A stretch of 64,000 nt of DNA from NCBI GenBank assembly GCA_013288325.1, contig JABDCB010000004.1, positions 4,485 through 68,484 of the forward strand, in the 5' to 3' direction. This document shows, in pieces, positions 53,590 to 64,000 of this stretch (positions within the stretch are counted from its first letter, which is position 1; each line of letters starts with the position of its first letter). Origin of the DNA: Bacteroidota bacterium (GTDB lineage Bacteria; Bacteroidota; Bacteroidia; Palsa-965). A model generated the notes under the pieces. It made no database searches and was not told the DNA's origin. It was given only the letters and a program-made list of their open reading frames with translations. The translations under genes and the position numbers were made by a program.

Positions 53590-54978
53590 ATGAGCTATGA
53601 TTTAATTGTAATTGGCAGTGGCCCGGGAGGCTATGTTGCGGCTATCCGTGCATCCCAGCTGGGGTTAAAAACCGCTGTGGTGGAAAAAGCAGAGCTGGGA
53701 GGCATTTGTCTGAACTGGGGATGTATACCCACCAAGGCACTACTCAAAAGCGCACAAGTATTTGAATACCTGAAGCATGCTGCCGACTATGGAATCAAGG
53801 TGGCTCCCGGAGAGGCTGACTTTCCTGCTGTTGTAAAACGATCCAGGGATGTGGCTGATGGCATGAGCAAAGGCATTCAGTTTTTGCTTAAAAAGAATAA
53901 GATTGATGTCATTGCCGGTTTTGGTACCGTAAAACCTGGAAAAAAAGTGGAAGTAAAAGCGGCAGATGGAAAAAGCACCGTCTACGACGCTAAAAATATA
54001 ATAGTGGCTGTAGGTGCCCGCTCCCGTCAGCTACCCAATCTGAAACAAGATGGCAAAAAAATAATCGGTTACCGCGAAGCCATGGTGCTTCCAAAACAAC
54101 CGAAATCAATGGTGGTAGTAGGATCCGGAGCCATCGGGGTAGAGTTTGCATACTTCTATGCCACCCTGGGTACTTCCGTAACAATTGTTGAATTTCTGCC
54201 TAATGTAGTTCCGGTGGAAGATGAAGAAGTAAGCAAACAACTTGAACGTTCGTTCAAAAAAGCCGGTATCAAAATAATGACCTCCTCTTCTGTAGAAGCA
54301 GTTGACACAACAGGAACCGGTTGTAAAATAAAAGTAAAGACACCCAAAGGAGAAGAAACGCTGGAAGCTGATATTGTTCTTTCTGCCGTAGGTATTCAGG
54401 CCAATCTGGAAGGTATGGGGTTGGAAGAAGTAGGGATTGCAACAGACAAAGGAAAAATTCTGACCAATCCTTTTTATCAAACCAATATTCCGGGGTATTA
54501 TGCTATCGGAGATTGTGTTGGAGGACAGGCATTGGCTCACGTAGCATCTGCTGAAGGTATCATTTGTGTTGAAAAAATTGCTGGACAACAACCGGAACCG
54601 CTTGATTATAACAACATACCGGGTTGCACCTATTGCTCTCCTGAAATTGCATCAGTAGGTTATACCGAAAAGGCTGCCAAAGAAAAAGGATATGATATCA
54701 AAGTAGGAAAATTCCCCTTCTCCGCTTCCGGAAAAGCAAGTGCTGCCGGTGCCAAGGATGGGTTTGTAAAAGTGATTTTTGATGCCAAGTACGGAGAGTT
54801 TCTGGGTGCCCATATGATTGGCGCCAATGTTACGGAAATGATTGCCGAAGTGGTGGTAGCCCGTAAACTGGAATGTACCGGACATGAAATCATTAAAGCC
54901 GTGCATCCGCACCCGACCATGAGCGAAGCTATTATGGAAGCCGCAGCTGCTGCATACGGAGAGGTTATCCACCTCTGA
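53590..54978 (+). CDS. lpdA: dihydrolipoyl dehydrogenase
   Basis: GSGPGGYVAAIRA, redox-active CLNWGCIPTK, C-terminal HPHPTMSE. Confidence 0.95.
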   Translation: MSYDLIVIGSGPGGYVAAIRASQLGLKTAVVEKAELGGICLNWGCIPTKALLKSAQVFEYLKHAADYGIKVAPGEADFPAVVKRSRDVADGMSKGIQFLLKKNKIDVIAGFGTVKPGKKVEVKAADGKSTVYDAKNIIVAVGARSRQLPNLKQDGKKIIGYREAMVLPKQPKSMVVVGSGAIGVEFAYFYATLGTSVTIVEFLPNVVPVEDEEVSKQLERSFKKAGIKIMTSSSVEAVDTTGTGCKIKVKTPKGEETLEADIVLSAVGIQANLEGMGLEEVGIATDKGKILTNPFYQTNIPGYYAIGDCVGGQALAHVASAEGIICVEKIAGQQPEPLDYNNIPGCTYCSPEIASVGYTEKAAKEKGYDIKVGKFPFSASGKASAAGAKDGFVKVIFDAKYGEFLGAHMIGANVTEMIAEVVVARKLECTGHEIIKAVHPHPTMSEAIMEAAAAAYGEVIHL

Positions 54979-55000
54979 TTAATAACAACACATTATCTTT

Positions 55001-55034
55001 CAAAGGGTCAGCATGCTGACCCTTTGTTGTTTCC
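55001..55034 (+). terminator. intrinsic terminator of lpdA
   Basis: Palindrome CAAAGGGTCAG-CATG-CTGACCCTTTG (11-bp stem) followed by TTGTTTCC. Confidence 0.7.
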
Positions 55035-55087
55035 GGGTGATTGCTTTTACGGTAAATAAAAGATACATTAGCTTAAAACTAAGCGCC

Positions 55088-56824
55088 ATGAAACACCGTC
55101 TGTTCTTTATTCTTTTCAGTGGATTGGCATTCACCTCCCTTTCGCAAACCAATATTCAGTGCACGAACCCTGCTGCTGAGCAGGTAATGCTGGGTCAATA
55201 TAATCCTGCTAGTTACCCCGGTTCAACACAGCTTTATCTTCCCGACACACTTTCTATCGGAATACTAAAGGGTATATCGCCAGACACCTTAAAGAAAAAC
55301 ATTATACACATCGCTTCTTTTCATAATCACAATACAGGCTCCGATACAGTCTCTTCTCAAAATGGGATCGGTGCCGCCAGACGATGGGTATATTCCTGTT
55401 TACAACAATACAGTTCCACCAATCACAACCGCCTGCTTATTTCCTATCTTCAGTTTGATCAGTCCATTTGTGGCATCGGACAACACCGTAATACACTGGC
55501 TATATTACCCGGAGGCGACACCACCGACAAATCCATTGTTATCATAGAAGGTCACCTCGACAGCCGTTGCGAAGGGGTATGTGATACGGCATGTAAGGCC
55601 AATGGTGTGGAAGACAATGCCAGCGGCACTGCGCTTGTTATGGAACTGGCGCGGGTGATGAGCCAATATAGCTTTCATCATACCCTTGTATTTATGATAA
55701 CTACGGGTGAAGAGCAAGGACTTTATGGTGCACAGGCATTTGCCATGTATGCACAGCAAAAGGGAATCAAGATCAAAGCCGTTCTGAACAATGATGTAAT
55801 CGGGGGTATTATTTGTGGTAATACCTCCTCCCCTCCCAGTTGCCCGGGTCCGGGAAATCTGGACAGTACCGATGTGCGGATTTTTTCTTACGGATCTTTT
55901 AACTCTCCATATAAAGGGCTGGCACGTTTTGTTAAACTGGAATACAAGGATCAATTATACTCCCGTGTAAGCATTCCGGTAAACATTCAAATTATGAGTC
56001 CTGAAGACCGCACCGGACGTGGTGGAGATCATATTCCTTTCCGGACATTGAATTATACCGCTGTACGGTTCACCTCTGCCAATGAAGATGGGAATGCGAA
56101 TGTAACAAGTCCAACCTATACCGATCGTCAGCATTCTGTTCGTGATACATTGGGTGCCAGCAAGCTTCACAATGGGATCATAGACAGTTTCTTTGTCAAC
56201 TTTCCTTATCTGGGGCGGAATGCTGTCATCAATGGAAATGTTGCAGCTATGCTGGGCATTGGTCCTAAACAGCCTGATATGCTGCTAAGCGCACCAACCG
56301 TAAATACCTTGCGGATTCAAATTACCCAACAGACAGGGTATCACTCGTACCGGATCGGTTTGCGTACTACAACCAACGACTGGGATTCTGTTTATACGAT
56401 GACCGGAAAACTCATCGACACATTAAAGGGTCTAACTCCGGCGGTGTATGATGTAAGTGTGATGTCGGTAGACAGTAACGGAATAGAAAGCCTTCCTTCA
56501 ACAGAGTATACGGCAACAGTTACCTCGGTAAATGAATTATCGGGCATATCGAAAAAGCTGGAGTTGCTGCAGAACAAACCGAATCCTTTTGATGAATCTA
56601 CTTATATCACTGTATTGGTCAACGAACCTTTGGCGTATCATGACGCATTTATCACCGTTACGGATGAAAAGGGGCGTCAGTTTAAACCCATGCCTGTTAA
56701 ATTGGAAAAGGGTATGAATGAAGTACTCTTTCAGAGAGGTGTTGCTGCCGGAGGGGTTTATTTTTATTCGCTTGTTATTGATGGGAAAAAAGTACAAAGC
56801 CGGGAAATGATCTTTGCAAATTAA
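55088..56824 (+). CDS. M28-family zinc peptidase with T9SS C-terminal sorting domain
   Basis: Signal peptide from the ATG at 55088; the track's 55013 start lies inside the lpdA terminator. Motifs HLDS, EDNASGTA, TGEEQGLYGA. C-terminal NKPNPF...IFAN T9SS domain. Confidence 0.88.
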   Translation: MKHRLFFILFSGLAFTSLSQTNIQCTNPAAEQVMLGQYNPASYPGSTQLYLPDTLSIGILKGISPDTLKKNIIHIASFHNHNTGSDTVSSQNGIGAARRWVYSCLQQYSSTNHNRLLISYLQFDQSICGIGQHRNTLAILPGGDTTDKSIVIIEGHLDSRCEGVCDTACKANGVEDNASGTALVMELARVMSQYSFHHTLVFMITTGEEQGLYGAQAFAMYAQQKGIKIKAVLNNDVIGGIICGNTSSPPSCPGPGNLDSTDVRIFSYGSFNSPYKGLARFVKLEYKDQLYSRVSIPVNIQIMSPEDRTGRGGDHIPFRTLNYTAVRFTSANEDGNANVTSPTYTDRQHSVRDTLGASKLHNGIIDSFFVNFPYLGRNAVINGNVAAMLGIGPKQPDMLLSAPTVNTLRIQITQQTGYHSYRIGLRTTTNDWDSVYTMTGKLIDTLKGLTPAVYDVSVMSVDSNGIESLPSTEYTATVTSVNELSGISKKLELLQNKPNPFDESTYITVLVNEPLAYHDAFITVTDEKGRQFKPMPVKLEKGMNEVLFQRGVAAGGVYFYSLVIDGKKVQSREMIFAN

Positions 56825-57243
56825 CGGGATGGCGGGCTTTCTGTCTTTACTCCGGATTCCTCATCTTCTTTCATCCGTTCACGGAGCCATGATATGGCTT
56901 CATCCCTATTTGAAAACAAACGTGTTGGTGCCAGGGGCTTATGGAATTTAATCATAAAATTACCAACGATCCGGTTGGCAAGAGACTGAATTAAAATTGC
57001 TTGTGCGATTAAGTTTTCATTCGCTTCCTTTCCCGAACCAAAAGCCATTGCCTCTTTGGTTATCGTCACAGTTGCCCTTGCATCGGTAAGCGTAGCAAAC
57101 CTCCGGCCTTTTGTGAGTGTTTTGGACTTTTCGAAATTCTCCAGGGCATTGGGCAGATCAATTTCTTTCCCTTCCAGCAAACGCGTATACAGTATCCCTT
57201 CGGAAAAAGACATTTCGGCAATATTGGAAACAACTATATCCAT
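56821..57243 (-). CDS. hypothetical protein, possibly STAS/SpoIIAA-like fold
   Basis: 140-aa ORF. The overall pattern and the C-terminal F..RDEAISWL resemble SpoIIAA-like/STAS small proteins. Weak call. Confidence 0.55.
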   Translation of the reverse strand: MDIVVSNIAEMSFSEGILYTRLLEGKEIDLPNALENFEKSKTLTKGRRFATLTDARATVTITKEAMAFGSGKEANENLIAQAILIQSLANRIVGNFMIKFHKPLAPTRLFSNRDEAISWLRERMKEDEESGVKTESPPSR

Positions 57244-57291
57244 TTAATGCTTTTGAGGAACGTTACAAATATATGGCATAGAATACTCGGG

Positions 57292-58494
57292 TCAACCTTT
57301 TATGGTTTTTTTCTGCAATGCGGCCATATAAAATCCATCAGAGCCACCGGAAGGAAGAACGATTTTCTCCCTTACCAACTCAAAATTCCCTTCCTGCTCA
57401 TCAATAAACTTTTTAACACGATCCGAGTTTTCAGACGGCAAAATACTGCATGTGGAATAAACCATAACACCATCCGATTTAAGCATGATGGCATAGTCGC
57501 GCAGGATATCAGATTGTATTTTGCCCAATTCTTCCAGGCGTTGAGAACTCAGTTTCCATTTCGTATCGGGGTTTCGTCTCAGCACACCCAGCCCGGAGCA
57601 GGGCACATCCAGCAATAATCGGTCGGCAGAGGCTTCCAGCTTCTTAATCACTTTGGGGCTATCAACCAGCCTTGTTTCAATATTATAAGCTCCGGCCCTT
57701 CTGGCCCTTTTCGTGAGTTCATCCAGCTTCCATTGTTCCACATCAAGCGCAACAATTTTGCCTTTATTTTCCATTCGTGCTGCCATGTGAAGAGTCTTCC
57801 CTCCTGCTCCGGCACATGCATCAATGGCCTTCATACCGGGTTTAAGATCCAGGAAAGGGCCCACCATCTGTGAAGAAGCATCCTGTACCTCAAAATAACC
57901 CAGCTTAAACTCCGGCACCTTAAAAATATTCTGGCGTCTTTCAAGCACAAGAGCCTCATCAAGGCCTGGTACCGGGTATGTTTCCACCTCTCTGGAATGG
58001 AGCAGGCGTATCAGGCTTTCCCTGTTGGTTCTTAGGGTATTGGTTCTTAATACAACCTCCGCCTGCAGGTTTAAGGATGCCAGTTCTTTATCCCATTTCG
58101 AACCCAATTCCTTTTCTCCCAGGGCATCCAGCCAATCAGGAATAGACTCGCGGATAGCTCTTTTCGATTGAACTTCTTTATACAGTCTTTTAATATGCTC
58201 TGGCCGGAGGGATTGAAACTCTTTCCATGCCGGGAGTTCCCCTCCCTGCAATATACACCATGCTCCGAATACCCTCCAGTGATCTCCTTCCGGGGCTCCG
58301 CTTACATCTTTCAGCAATCTCCACCAACGTACTATCTCATAGGTTGTTTCTGCAATAAAACGTCTGTCTCTGGCCCCCCATCTTGGATTGGATTTAAGAC
58401 AGCGTTCTATTACTTTATCAGCATATTTTTTCTCGTCAAAAATCTCCCCGAGGGAGCGGATAATAGCATGTACAAGGTTCGGAAATAGTTTCAA
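57292..58494 (-). CDS. RsmB/NOP2/Sun-family rRNA cytosine-C5 methyltransferase
   Basis: SAM motif [10 protein letters not shown] and catalytic DVPCSGLG and YSTCS. Confidence 0.88.
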   Translation of the reverse strand: MKLFPNLVHAIIRSLGEIFDEKKYADKVIERCLKSNPRWGARDRRFIAETTYEIVRWWRLLKDVSGAPEGDHWRVFGAWCILQGGELPAWKEFQSLRPEHIKRLYKEVQSKRAIRESIPDWLDALGEKELGSKWDKELASLNLQAEVVLRTNTLRTNRESLIRLLHSREVETYPVPGLDEALVLERRQNIFKVPEFKLGYFEVQDASSQMVGPFLDLKPGMKAIDACAGAGGKTLHMAARMENKGKIVALDVEQWKLDELTKRARRAGAYNIETRLVDSPKVIKKLEASADRLLLDVPCSGLGVLRRNPDTKWKLSSQRLEELGKIQSDILRDYAIMLKSDGVMVYSTCSILPSENSDRVKKFIDEQEGNFELVREKIVLPSGGSDGFYMAALQKKTIKG

Positions 58495-58568
58495 GGGGGC
58501 GTTATTTGAGCTGCAAGTTTACGAAATGTTCAGAAGTGGCGCACAAGAAAGGATACCGCGTTTTTCAT

Positions 58569-58576
58569 TACCTTTG
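58569..58576 (+). promoter_or_regulatory. -7 promoter box TACCTTTG for ribBA
   Basis: Exact TAnnTTTG 20 nt upstream of the ATG at 58596. This supports the shorter start. Confidence 0.45.
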
Positions 58577-58595
58577 TACCCAGAAATTCAACAAA

Positions 58596-59810
58596 ATGCA
58601 ACTAATTCTGAATACTATAGAAGAAGCCATACAGGCTATCCGTGAAGGGAAGGTCATTATTGTAGTAGATGATGAAGATCGGGAGAACGAAGGGGATTTT
58701 ATTACTGCTGCCCGGAATGTTACTCCGGAGGTGATCAACTTTATGGCTACACATGGTCGCGGTTTGATCTGTGCACCTATTGTTGAAGACCGGGCCGAAG
58801 AGTTAGGGTTGGAATTGATGGTCAGTAATAATACTTCTGTCCATACCACCCCCTTTACAGTATCTATCGATCTTCTGGGCCATGGTTGTACCACAGGCAT
58901 CTCTGCCAGCGATCGGTCCAAGACTATTCAAGCTCTTATTGATCCGACTATCCGTCCTGATGAATTCGGAAAACCCGGCCATATCTTTCCGCTGAAAGCA
59001 AAAAAAGGGGGCGTATTAAGAAGGACAGGACATACTGAAGCTACCATTGATTTCAGCCGGCTTGCAGGTTTTGAACCGGTAGGTGCACTGGTCGAAATCA
59101 TGAACGAAGATGGTACTATGGCCCGTCTTCCGGAGCTATTGGAGATTGCAAAGAAATTTAATCTGAAGATTGTTTCGATTAAAGACCTGATCGAATACCG
59201 TCTGCAAACCGAAACCATTATTCAAAGAGAGGTAGAAGTAAATATGCCCACTGCCTGGGGCGATTTTAAACTGGTAGCTTATCGCCAAACAACCACAGAC
59301 CAGGAACATCTTGCCCTTATTAAAGGAGAATGGAAAAAAGAAGAGCCCATCCTGGTCAGAGTACACTCTTCTTGTCTTACAGGCGATATCTTTGGTTCGT
59401 GCCGTTGCGATTGCGGACAGCAATTACATGCTTCCATGGAAATGATTGAAAAGGCAGGCAAGGGTGTATTGGTATATATGAATCAGGAAGGGCGCGGTAT
59501 TGGCTTATTGAATAAACTGAGAGCCTATAAATTGCAGGAAGAAGGAATGGATACCGTAGAAGCCAATATTGAACTGGGCTTTAAAATGGATGAACGGGAT
59601 TATGGCGTTGGAGCTCAAATACTACGCGATCTGAAGGTTTCCAAGATTCGTCTATTAAGCAACAATCCTAAAAAAAGAGCCGGACTACTTGGATATGGTC
59701 TTGAAATCATAGATACTTTGCCGATAGAAATCACGCCTAATAAACACAACCTTACTTACCTGACTACCAAACGGGATAAGATGGGACACTCTTTGAAATT
59801 CAAAGACTGA
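58596..59810 (+). CDS. ribBA: bifunctional 3,4-dihydroxy-2-butanone-4-phosphate synthase / GTP cyclohydrolase II
   Basis: [10 protein letters not shown] (RibB) and [20 protein letters not shown] (RibA zinc site). Confidence 0.95.
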   Translation: MQLILNTIEEAIQAIREGKVIIVVDDEDRENEGDFITAARNVTPEVINFMATHGRGLICAPIVEDRAEELGLELMVSNNTSVHTTPFTVSIDLLGHGCTTGISASDRSKTIQALIDPTIRPDEFGKPGHIFPLKAKKGGVLRRTGHTEATIDFSRLAGFEPVGALVEIMNEDGTMARLPELLEIAKKFNLKIVSIKDLIEYRLQTETIIQREVEVNMPTAWGDFKLVAYRQTTTDQEHLALIKGEWKKEEPILVRVHSSCLTGDIFGSCRCDCGQQLHASMEMIEKAGKGVLVYMNQEGRGIGLLNKLRAYKLQEEGMDTVEANIELGFKMDERDYGVGAQILRDLKVSKIRLLSNNPKKRAGLLGYGLEIIDTLPIEITPNKHNLTYLTTKRDKMGHSLKFKD

Positions 59811-59827
59811 ATAAGCTTAACGACTTA

Positions 59828-62800
59828 CTAATTGGTGGGCGGATGCTCTGCAGGGGCAACGTTATTGCTCTTAAGCATTTTCCGGATTTTCTCCTTGTAT
59901 CGCCTTACTAATTCACCCATTGTATTGAACTCCTCCTTATAAGAGAGCCCTGCTCCTTGTGAGTACGGCGCATCAGCATTCAGAACGGTATTATCATTTG
60001 TTTTATTATATGCTTTTAGTCTCAGCTTTCCGTTCTTGGTAAGCTTGTACTCTACGTTAAGGTCACCAACCAAGTTGTTGGTGGTGCTTTTCTGGGTCGA
60101 TCCGCTTATGACCGATCCATCTACCGAAAGCCGGTCATTCAGCACCTGCGTAGAAAGAGCCAACTCCATTTCATCTCTGTTAACCTGATCACCGGGTCTG
60201 TATTTTACCCTCAAATCAAAATCATTGCTTATCTGAGAAAGCCAATTGCTTAATTGATTGGAAAGCAATTCACTGGTAGTTGCATTCACAGCAGTGGCCC
60301 CTGAGTTTTGAGCATCAAATCCCAGTGGAGCCACGAAATTGTTAAGCACCAATAAAGCAAGCACCTGACGATTTACCTCCTGCTCATTATTTATATTCCG
60401 TTTTACTTCCTGGCGGGTTGTTTCATCTACGGTAGGCAGATCAATATCAAAATTAATATTCGGCTGAAGCAGGCTTCCGGTAAGTCCCATAATACAATCA
60501 ACAGGATATCTTCTGCCACTGGTATCGGTTTGCACAACCGGTTTTAAGCTTGCCCTCACCTGGTAATCGGCTTTAAGATTAACAGTAGCATCTTTGGGTT
60601 CACCCGACCAGCTGATGCTTCCTCCTTTTTCAATCTTAAATTTTTTGTTAATCAGATTTTTCAATGTAAACAGGTACTCTCCGCTTTCAATCGTATAATC
60701 GCCCAACATAGAAAACTTACCAAGGGTATTAATATTCATCTGCACATTTCCGGCACCTTTTGCCTTAATCACATCCCCTACTTTCTGATCAAAAATGAGC
60801 TGAATGTTTGCATCCGGAGTCATCTCGAGACTAAAATTCAGACTGATCCCATTCAGATTAACCTGATAAATGTTTTTCGTTTTAACGGAGTCTTTATTTA
60901 CAAATCGTATAAAATTATTTGTGGAGACTTCTTGTGTGCTTTCCAGAGGAATAAATAAATTGGTAAACCGGGTACGGTTTGCCTTTTTATCAAATAATTT
61001 CTCGGTCTTTACACTGGCTTCAATAAGCAGATTATCCACTGTCCCACTAATGGAAATCGGTCCCGACACAAAGGCTGTTCCATAATAATCCGGATTGTCA
61101 TTCTCTGTGGTATTGAGGCAAAGGAATGTATTTGTTTCAATAGGAAAACGAAGAGCGAAATTTGTAAAATGATCGTGACTAAGACGACCGTTTTTAACTA
61201 TAGCCTGATTGCCATACTCATCCAGGATGACGAAATCGGAGAGGAGGAATGCATTATCCTCAATGGTGATAAGCTGATCCTTAAAGTGGTAATTGGTATT
61301 GAGGTATGACAAGGTAACCTTGGTGCCGTCTGCAATAATACTTCCTGTAAGAGCCGGTTTGCTCCAGGAACCTCTCAGGTTCATGGTTCCGGAAAAATGT
61401 CCCTCAAAATTTTTGCAATAATCCTTTACATACGGTTTGAAAAGCGAAAAGCTCATCCTGTTCAGATCCAGTTCAAAATCCAGATTGTTTTCTTTTCGTC
61501 CGGGGTAATAGTATCCGGAAAACAACATATCAGGAATAAGGCCCTGACTAAAATTACCATGGAGGTATAATGCTTCCTTCTTTTTGTCCCATACCGATTC
61601 GAGACTTCCGTTCCCGATTGTATCATTATTTACTTGTAACCCGCTAAAAGAATAGGAGCTGGTAAAAACAAAACTATGCCAAACATCCGAAATCGAAATC
61701 TTGCCTTCGGTAATTCCTTTTAAAGAAACCCCGGTGTTATGAAGCATCGGATTCAGGTTAGCCAGATTGAAATGGCTGAGGCCAATACTCAAAAAATCAT
61801 TTTTATCTTCCGTGGCTCTTCCATCCAGCTGAACGGACTGCATACCGCTTGCAAAACCAAAATCATGGAAAATAACTTTACCTGAATCGAACAGAACAAT
61901 ATTTCTGCCGGTTTCTTTCCATAACGAATCCTCTAAAAATATTTTTGCAGAAGAAAGATGCAGAATGGCGGCTTCCGGAGAAAGAACATTCAGGTAGGCC
62001 ATGATATTACCGGAATACTTTTTCTTTGTTTCATTTTCCCAATTCATATTAAAACGAACCGAGTCGGCCGATCCGTTGGTTTGAAGTGAAAACTGATCCA
62101 CCCCTACACTATCACTCAACCAGATACGGGAGCTTTCGGTAGTTACAACCATTTGTTTGGCGCTGTTATTTCCGGCATGCAAACTCCAGTCTTCAAAAGT
62201 AGCCTGATGTATACGAAGGGCTTTGGATGCGGCATCCAGTTTTAAGCTGGAAGTGGCCGAATGCAGACTTCCATTTATACTGGTATTGTGTGCAGCACTG
62301 ATTTCAGGAAAGAAGAGGGTGCTAATCATGTCGGTATTTTTCAATACCACATTAAAGCTGAAATCTTCGGGGCTCTGTACACTTCTTTTACTTTTCTTGT
62401 CTTTCTTATCCGGCTGGGGCTCCTGAAAATAAGCGGGAAGATAAGCTCCCAAAAGTCTTTTTGTATAGGAGGTGATATCCATCAATGTAAACTGACCCGA
62501 AACGGTTGCATCCACATAATCAGAGTTAAGCGATAAAACCTTATTGCCTGCCGAACCACTCGAAAATATTGTCACCTCGGGTAAAAACGCCTGATGCTGA
62601 TCCTGAACATAATTTACTTTCTGCAGGCTTATTCCGCCAATGAAATTATCCAGATTATCACCCGTAAGGTTTACATCACAGGTAGCACTGAGTACCGCAT
62701 TCTGTCCCCCATGATAAAAATGAAGAGCTGCCAGGTTTGCATCTCTTACCTCCGCAGTAAAGTTAAATACCGGCAACTTGCCATTAAAATCTATATCTCC

Positions 62801-64000
62801 TTTATAACGGAGATTAATATTTTCATCCTCAATACTCAAACCTCCTTTTAACTCCTGTCTGGAAAAGGTTCCATCAAAACGAATATTTTTGTACACATAG
62901 TCATTCAGTTCCAGATATTGTGCCACTCCATCCTTTAACGAAATTTCTGCCTGTCCATCCCGTATATCATCTCCTTTAAACTCTCCGCTTACTGATAGAC
63001 GGCCAAATCCGGGCAGGGAAAAAAACTGTCCTGCATTAAAATCCTTTACATTCAGTTTACCGAGATATGAAATACGATTATCCGCATTTTTCTTCAGCGT
63101 AATATCGGATGATACGGAACCAATGCTGGTATTAAACTCCCCGAAAGCAACGAATTCATCCAGGTACCCTTCCATTGTTCCATGAAAACGGATGGTACCC
63201 AGTGTAGCTATATTATCCGGCAAGATGAGCTTGGCTCCGGAAAGGAATGGAGGAATGGAGATTTTTTCCAAATCGGCTTTGTCTGTCAACACATCTTTTG
63301 CTTTCAGTGTTATGTAAGTGTGTGTAATATCGGGGAGTCCCTTAAAGCTTACATCACCGATAAAACGTGAGAGTTTACCAAACCCAATATTCAGATTTTT
63401 CCCTACCAGATTGTTTACCCGGCCAGTTACCGTTCCACCTTTTAGCTCCAGCTGCTGATGTATACCCCGCAGATCCCTTGCAAAATAAGCGATATCTCCC
63501 ATTTCAATAACGGAAGATTTAAAGGTTGCATTCATACCAACACTATCTTCTATGTTTTCCAGATCATGGGGATCGTGAAATGTAAAAAGCATATCGGCAT
63601 ATAAATTACTTCGTGGGGTGACAATACGCAGCTCATTGAATTGAGCACACCGGTTACTGAGTTCTACTACGGCAGAAAGACTGCTGAGCAAAAAGCCACT
63701 TCGTTCGCGGGCGCTGAGATAGGCGATTTCTGCATGGATGGTGTCACCGTGCAGCTTAATACCGGTAATACGCGCATTGACACTGCTGGCCCGTATATTC
63801 CTCAGGTTAACACCCCAGGCCGTATCCGTATTCTGCTTAAAGTCATAAACGAATTCCATATTGGTCACCTCTACCGAATTCAGATCCAGTCTCCAATGAC
63901 CCGATGATTTTTTTTGGGGTTTGTCCGGGCCGCTATCCAGGGCATCAATCAAAAAAGTATAAGCCATGTCATGCTCCCCTTTATACTTTTTCATTTTCAG
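59828..64000 (-). CDS. tamB: TamB-like translocation/assembly module protein (5' end probably beyond the window)
   Basis: More than 1388 aa of beta-rich sequence with a TamB/DUF490-like C-terminus. The frame stays open to the window edge and the visible N-terminus lacks the expected TM anchor. Confidence 0.82.
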   Translation of the reverse strand: MKMKKYKGEHDMAYTFLIDALDSGPDKPQKKSSGHWRLDLNSVEVTNMEFVYDFKQNTDTAWGVNLRNIRASSVNARITGIKLHGDTIHAEIAYLSARERSGFLLSSLSAVVELSNRCAQFNELRIVTPRSNLYADMLFTFHDPHDLENIEDSVGMNATFKSSVIEMGDIAYFARDLRGIHQQLELKGGTVTGRVNNLVGKNLNIGFGKLSRFIGDVSFKGLPDITHTYITLKAKDVLTDKADLEKISIPPFLSGAKLILPDNIATLGTIRFHGTMEGYLDEFVAFGEFNTSIGSVSSDITLKKNADNRISYLGKLNVKDFNAGQFFSLPGFGRLSVSGEFKGDDIRDGQAEISLKDGVAQYLELNDYVYKNIRFDGTFSRQELKGGLSIEDENINLRYKGDIDFNGKLPVFNFTAEVRDANLAALHFYHGGQNAVLSATCDVNLTGDNLDNFIGGISLQKVNYVQDQHQAFLPEVTIFSSGSAGNKVLSLNSDYVDATVSGQFTLMDITSYTKRLLGAYLPAYFQEPQPDKKDKKSKRSVQSPEDFSFNVVLKNTDMISTLFFPEISAAHNTSINGSLHSATSSLKLDAASKALRIHQATFEDWSLHAGNNSAKQMVVTTESSRIWLSDSVGVDQFSLQTNGSADSVRFNMNWENETKKKYSGNIMAYLNVLSPEAAILHLSSAKIFLEDSLWKETGRNIVLFDSGKVIFHDFGFASGMQSVQLDGRATEDKNDFLSIGLSHFNLANLNPMLHNTGVSLKGITEGKISISDVWHSFVFTSSYSFSGLQVNNDTIGNGSLESVWDKKKEALYLHGNFSQGLIPDMLFSGYYYPGRKENNLDFELDLNRMSFSLFKPYVKDYCKNFEGHFSGTMNLRGSWSKPALTGSIIADGTKVTLSYLNTNYHFKDQLITIEDNAFLLSDFVILDEYGNQAIVKNGRLSHDHFTNFALRFPIETNTFLCLNTTENDNPDYYGTAFVSGPISISGTVDNLLIEASVKTEKLFDKKANRTRFTNLFIPLESTQEVSTNNFIRFVNKDSVKTKNIYQVNLNGISLNFSLEMTPDANIQLIFDQKVGDVIKAKGAGNVQMNINTLGKFSMLGDYTIESGEYLFTLKNLINKKFKIEKGGSISWSGEPKDATVNLKADYQVRASLKPVVQTDTSGRRYPVDCIMGLTGSLLQPNINFDIDLPTVDETTRQEVKRNINNEQEVNRQVLALLVLNNFVAPLGFDAQNSGATAVNATTSELLSNQLSNWLSQISNDFDLRVKYRPGDQVNRDEMELALSTQVLNDRLSVDGSVISGSTQKSTTNNLVGDLNVEYKLTKNGKLRLKAYNKTNDNTVLNADAPYSQGAGLSYKEEFNTMGELVRRYKEKIRKMLKSNNVAPAEHPPTN

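Noticed and set aside
54106-54591. 161-aa minus-strand ORF (and neighbours 54652..54972)
   Set aside because: Antisense shadow of lpdA.
57247-57618. 123-aa plus-strand ORF
   Set aside because: Antisense to the 3' part of the RsmB-like methyltransferase gene.
58495-58595. FMN riboswitch upstream of ribBA
   Set aside because: Only ~100 nt are available. A TAnnTTTG promoter box sits 20 nt before the ATG, leaving no room for an aptamer, and no FMN-element conserved stretches were seen.

Overview
64-kb chromosomal segment that looks like a Bacteroidota genome. Support: several TAnnTTTG -7 promoter boxes at the right distance from start codons, two T9SS C-terminal sorting domains, a split transketolase, and a ParC/ParE pair. 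I call about 50 CDS and two tandem tRNA-Leu genes. I saw no rRNA, CRISPR array, transposase or integrase.

Most of the window is housekeeping:
- LuxC-like reductase and ferredoxin
- serC-serA-DUF1015-yggS
- CoA-transferase and a fatty-acid desaturase
- OmpR/HK two-component system followed by a TolC-MFP-RND efflux operon
- M1 and M28 T9SS peptidases
- parE-parC and ychF
- split transketolase, ECF sigma cluster
- dacB, lpdA, rsmB-like, ribBA, tamB-like

Three blocks look accessory:
1. 21.6-27.2 kb. A 21-bp tandem repeat array is followed by a tightly packed three-gene module: a 350-aa protein with an RNEIGH (HEPN-like Rx4H) motif; a 962-aa STAND-type P-loop NTPase with one TM helix, a long coiled coil and WD40 blades; and a TPR-like plus outer-membrane beta-barrel protein. 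I regard this as the best candidate for an undescribed envelope-spanning surveillance or conflict system.
2. 27.2-32.5 kb. Two divergent paralogous SpoIIE/PP2C phosphatases with different sensor modules.
3. 45.9-49.7 kb. A minimal RiPP/bacteriocin-like locus: a GG-leader Cys/Ser/Thr-rich precursor, a small polytopic membrane protein, a LanC-type cyclase with intact zinc ligands, an orphan LytTR regulator whose phospho-acceptor Asp is replaced by Glu, and a CPBP protease. No dehydratase or transporter is visible.

All functional calls come from motif recognition by eye. No database search was run.
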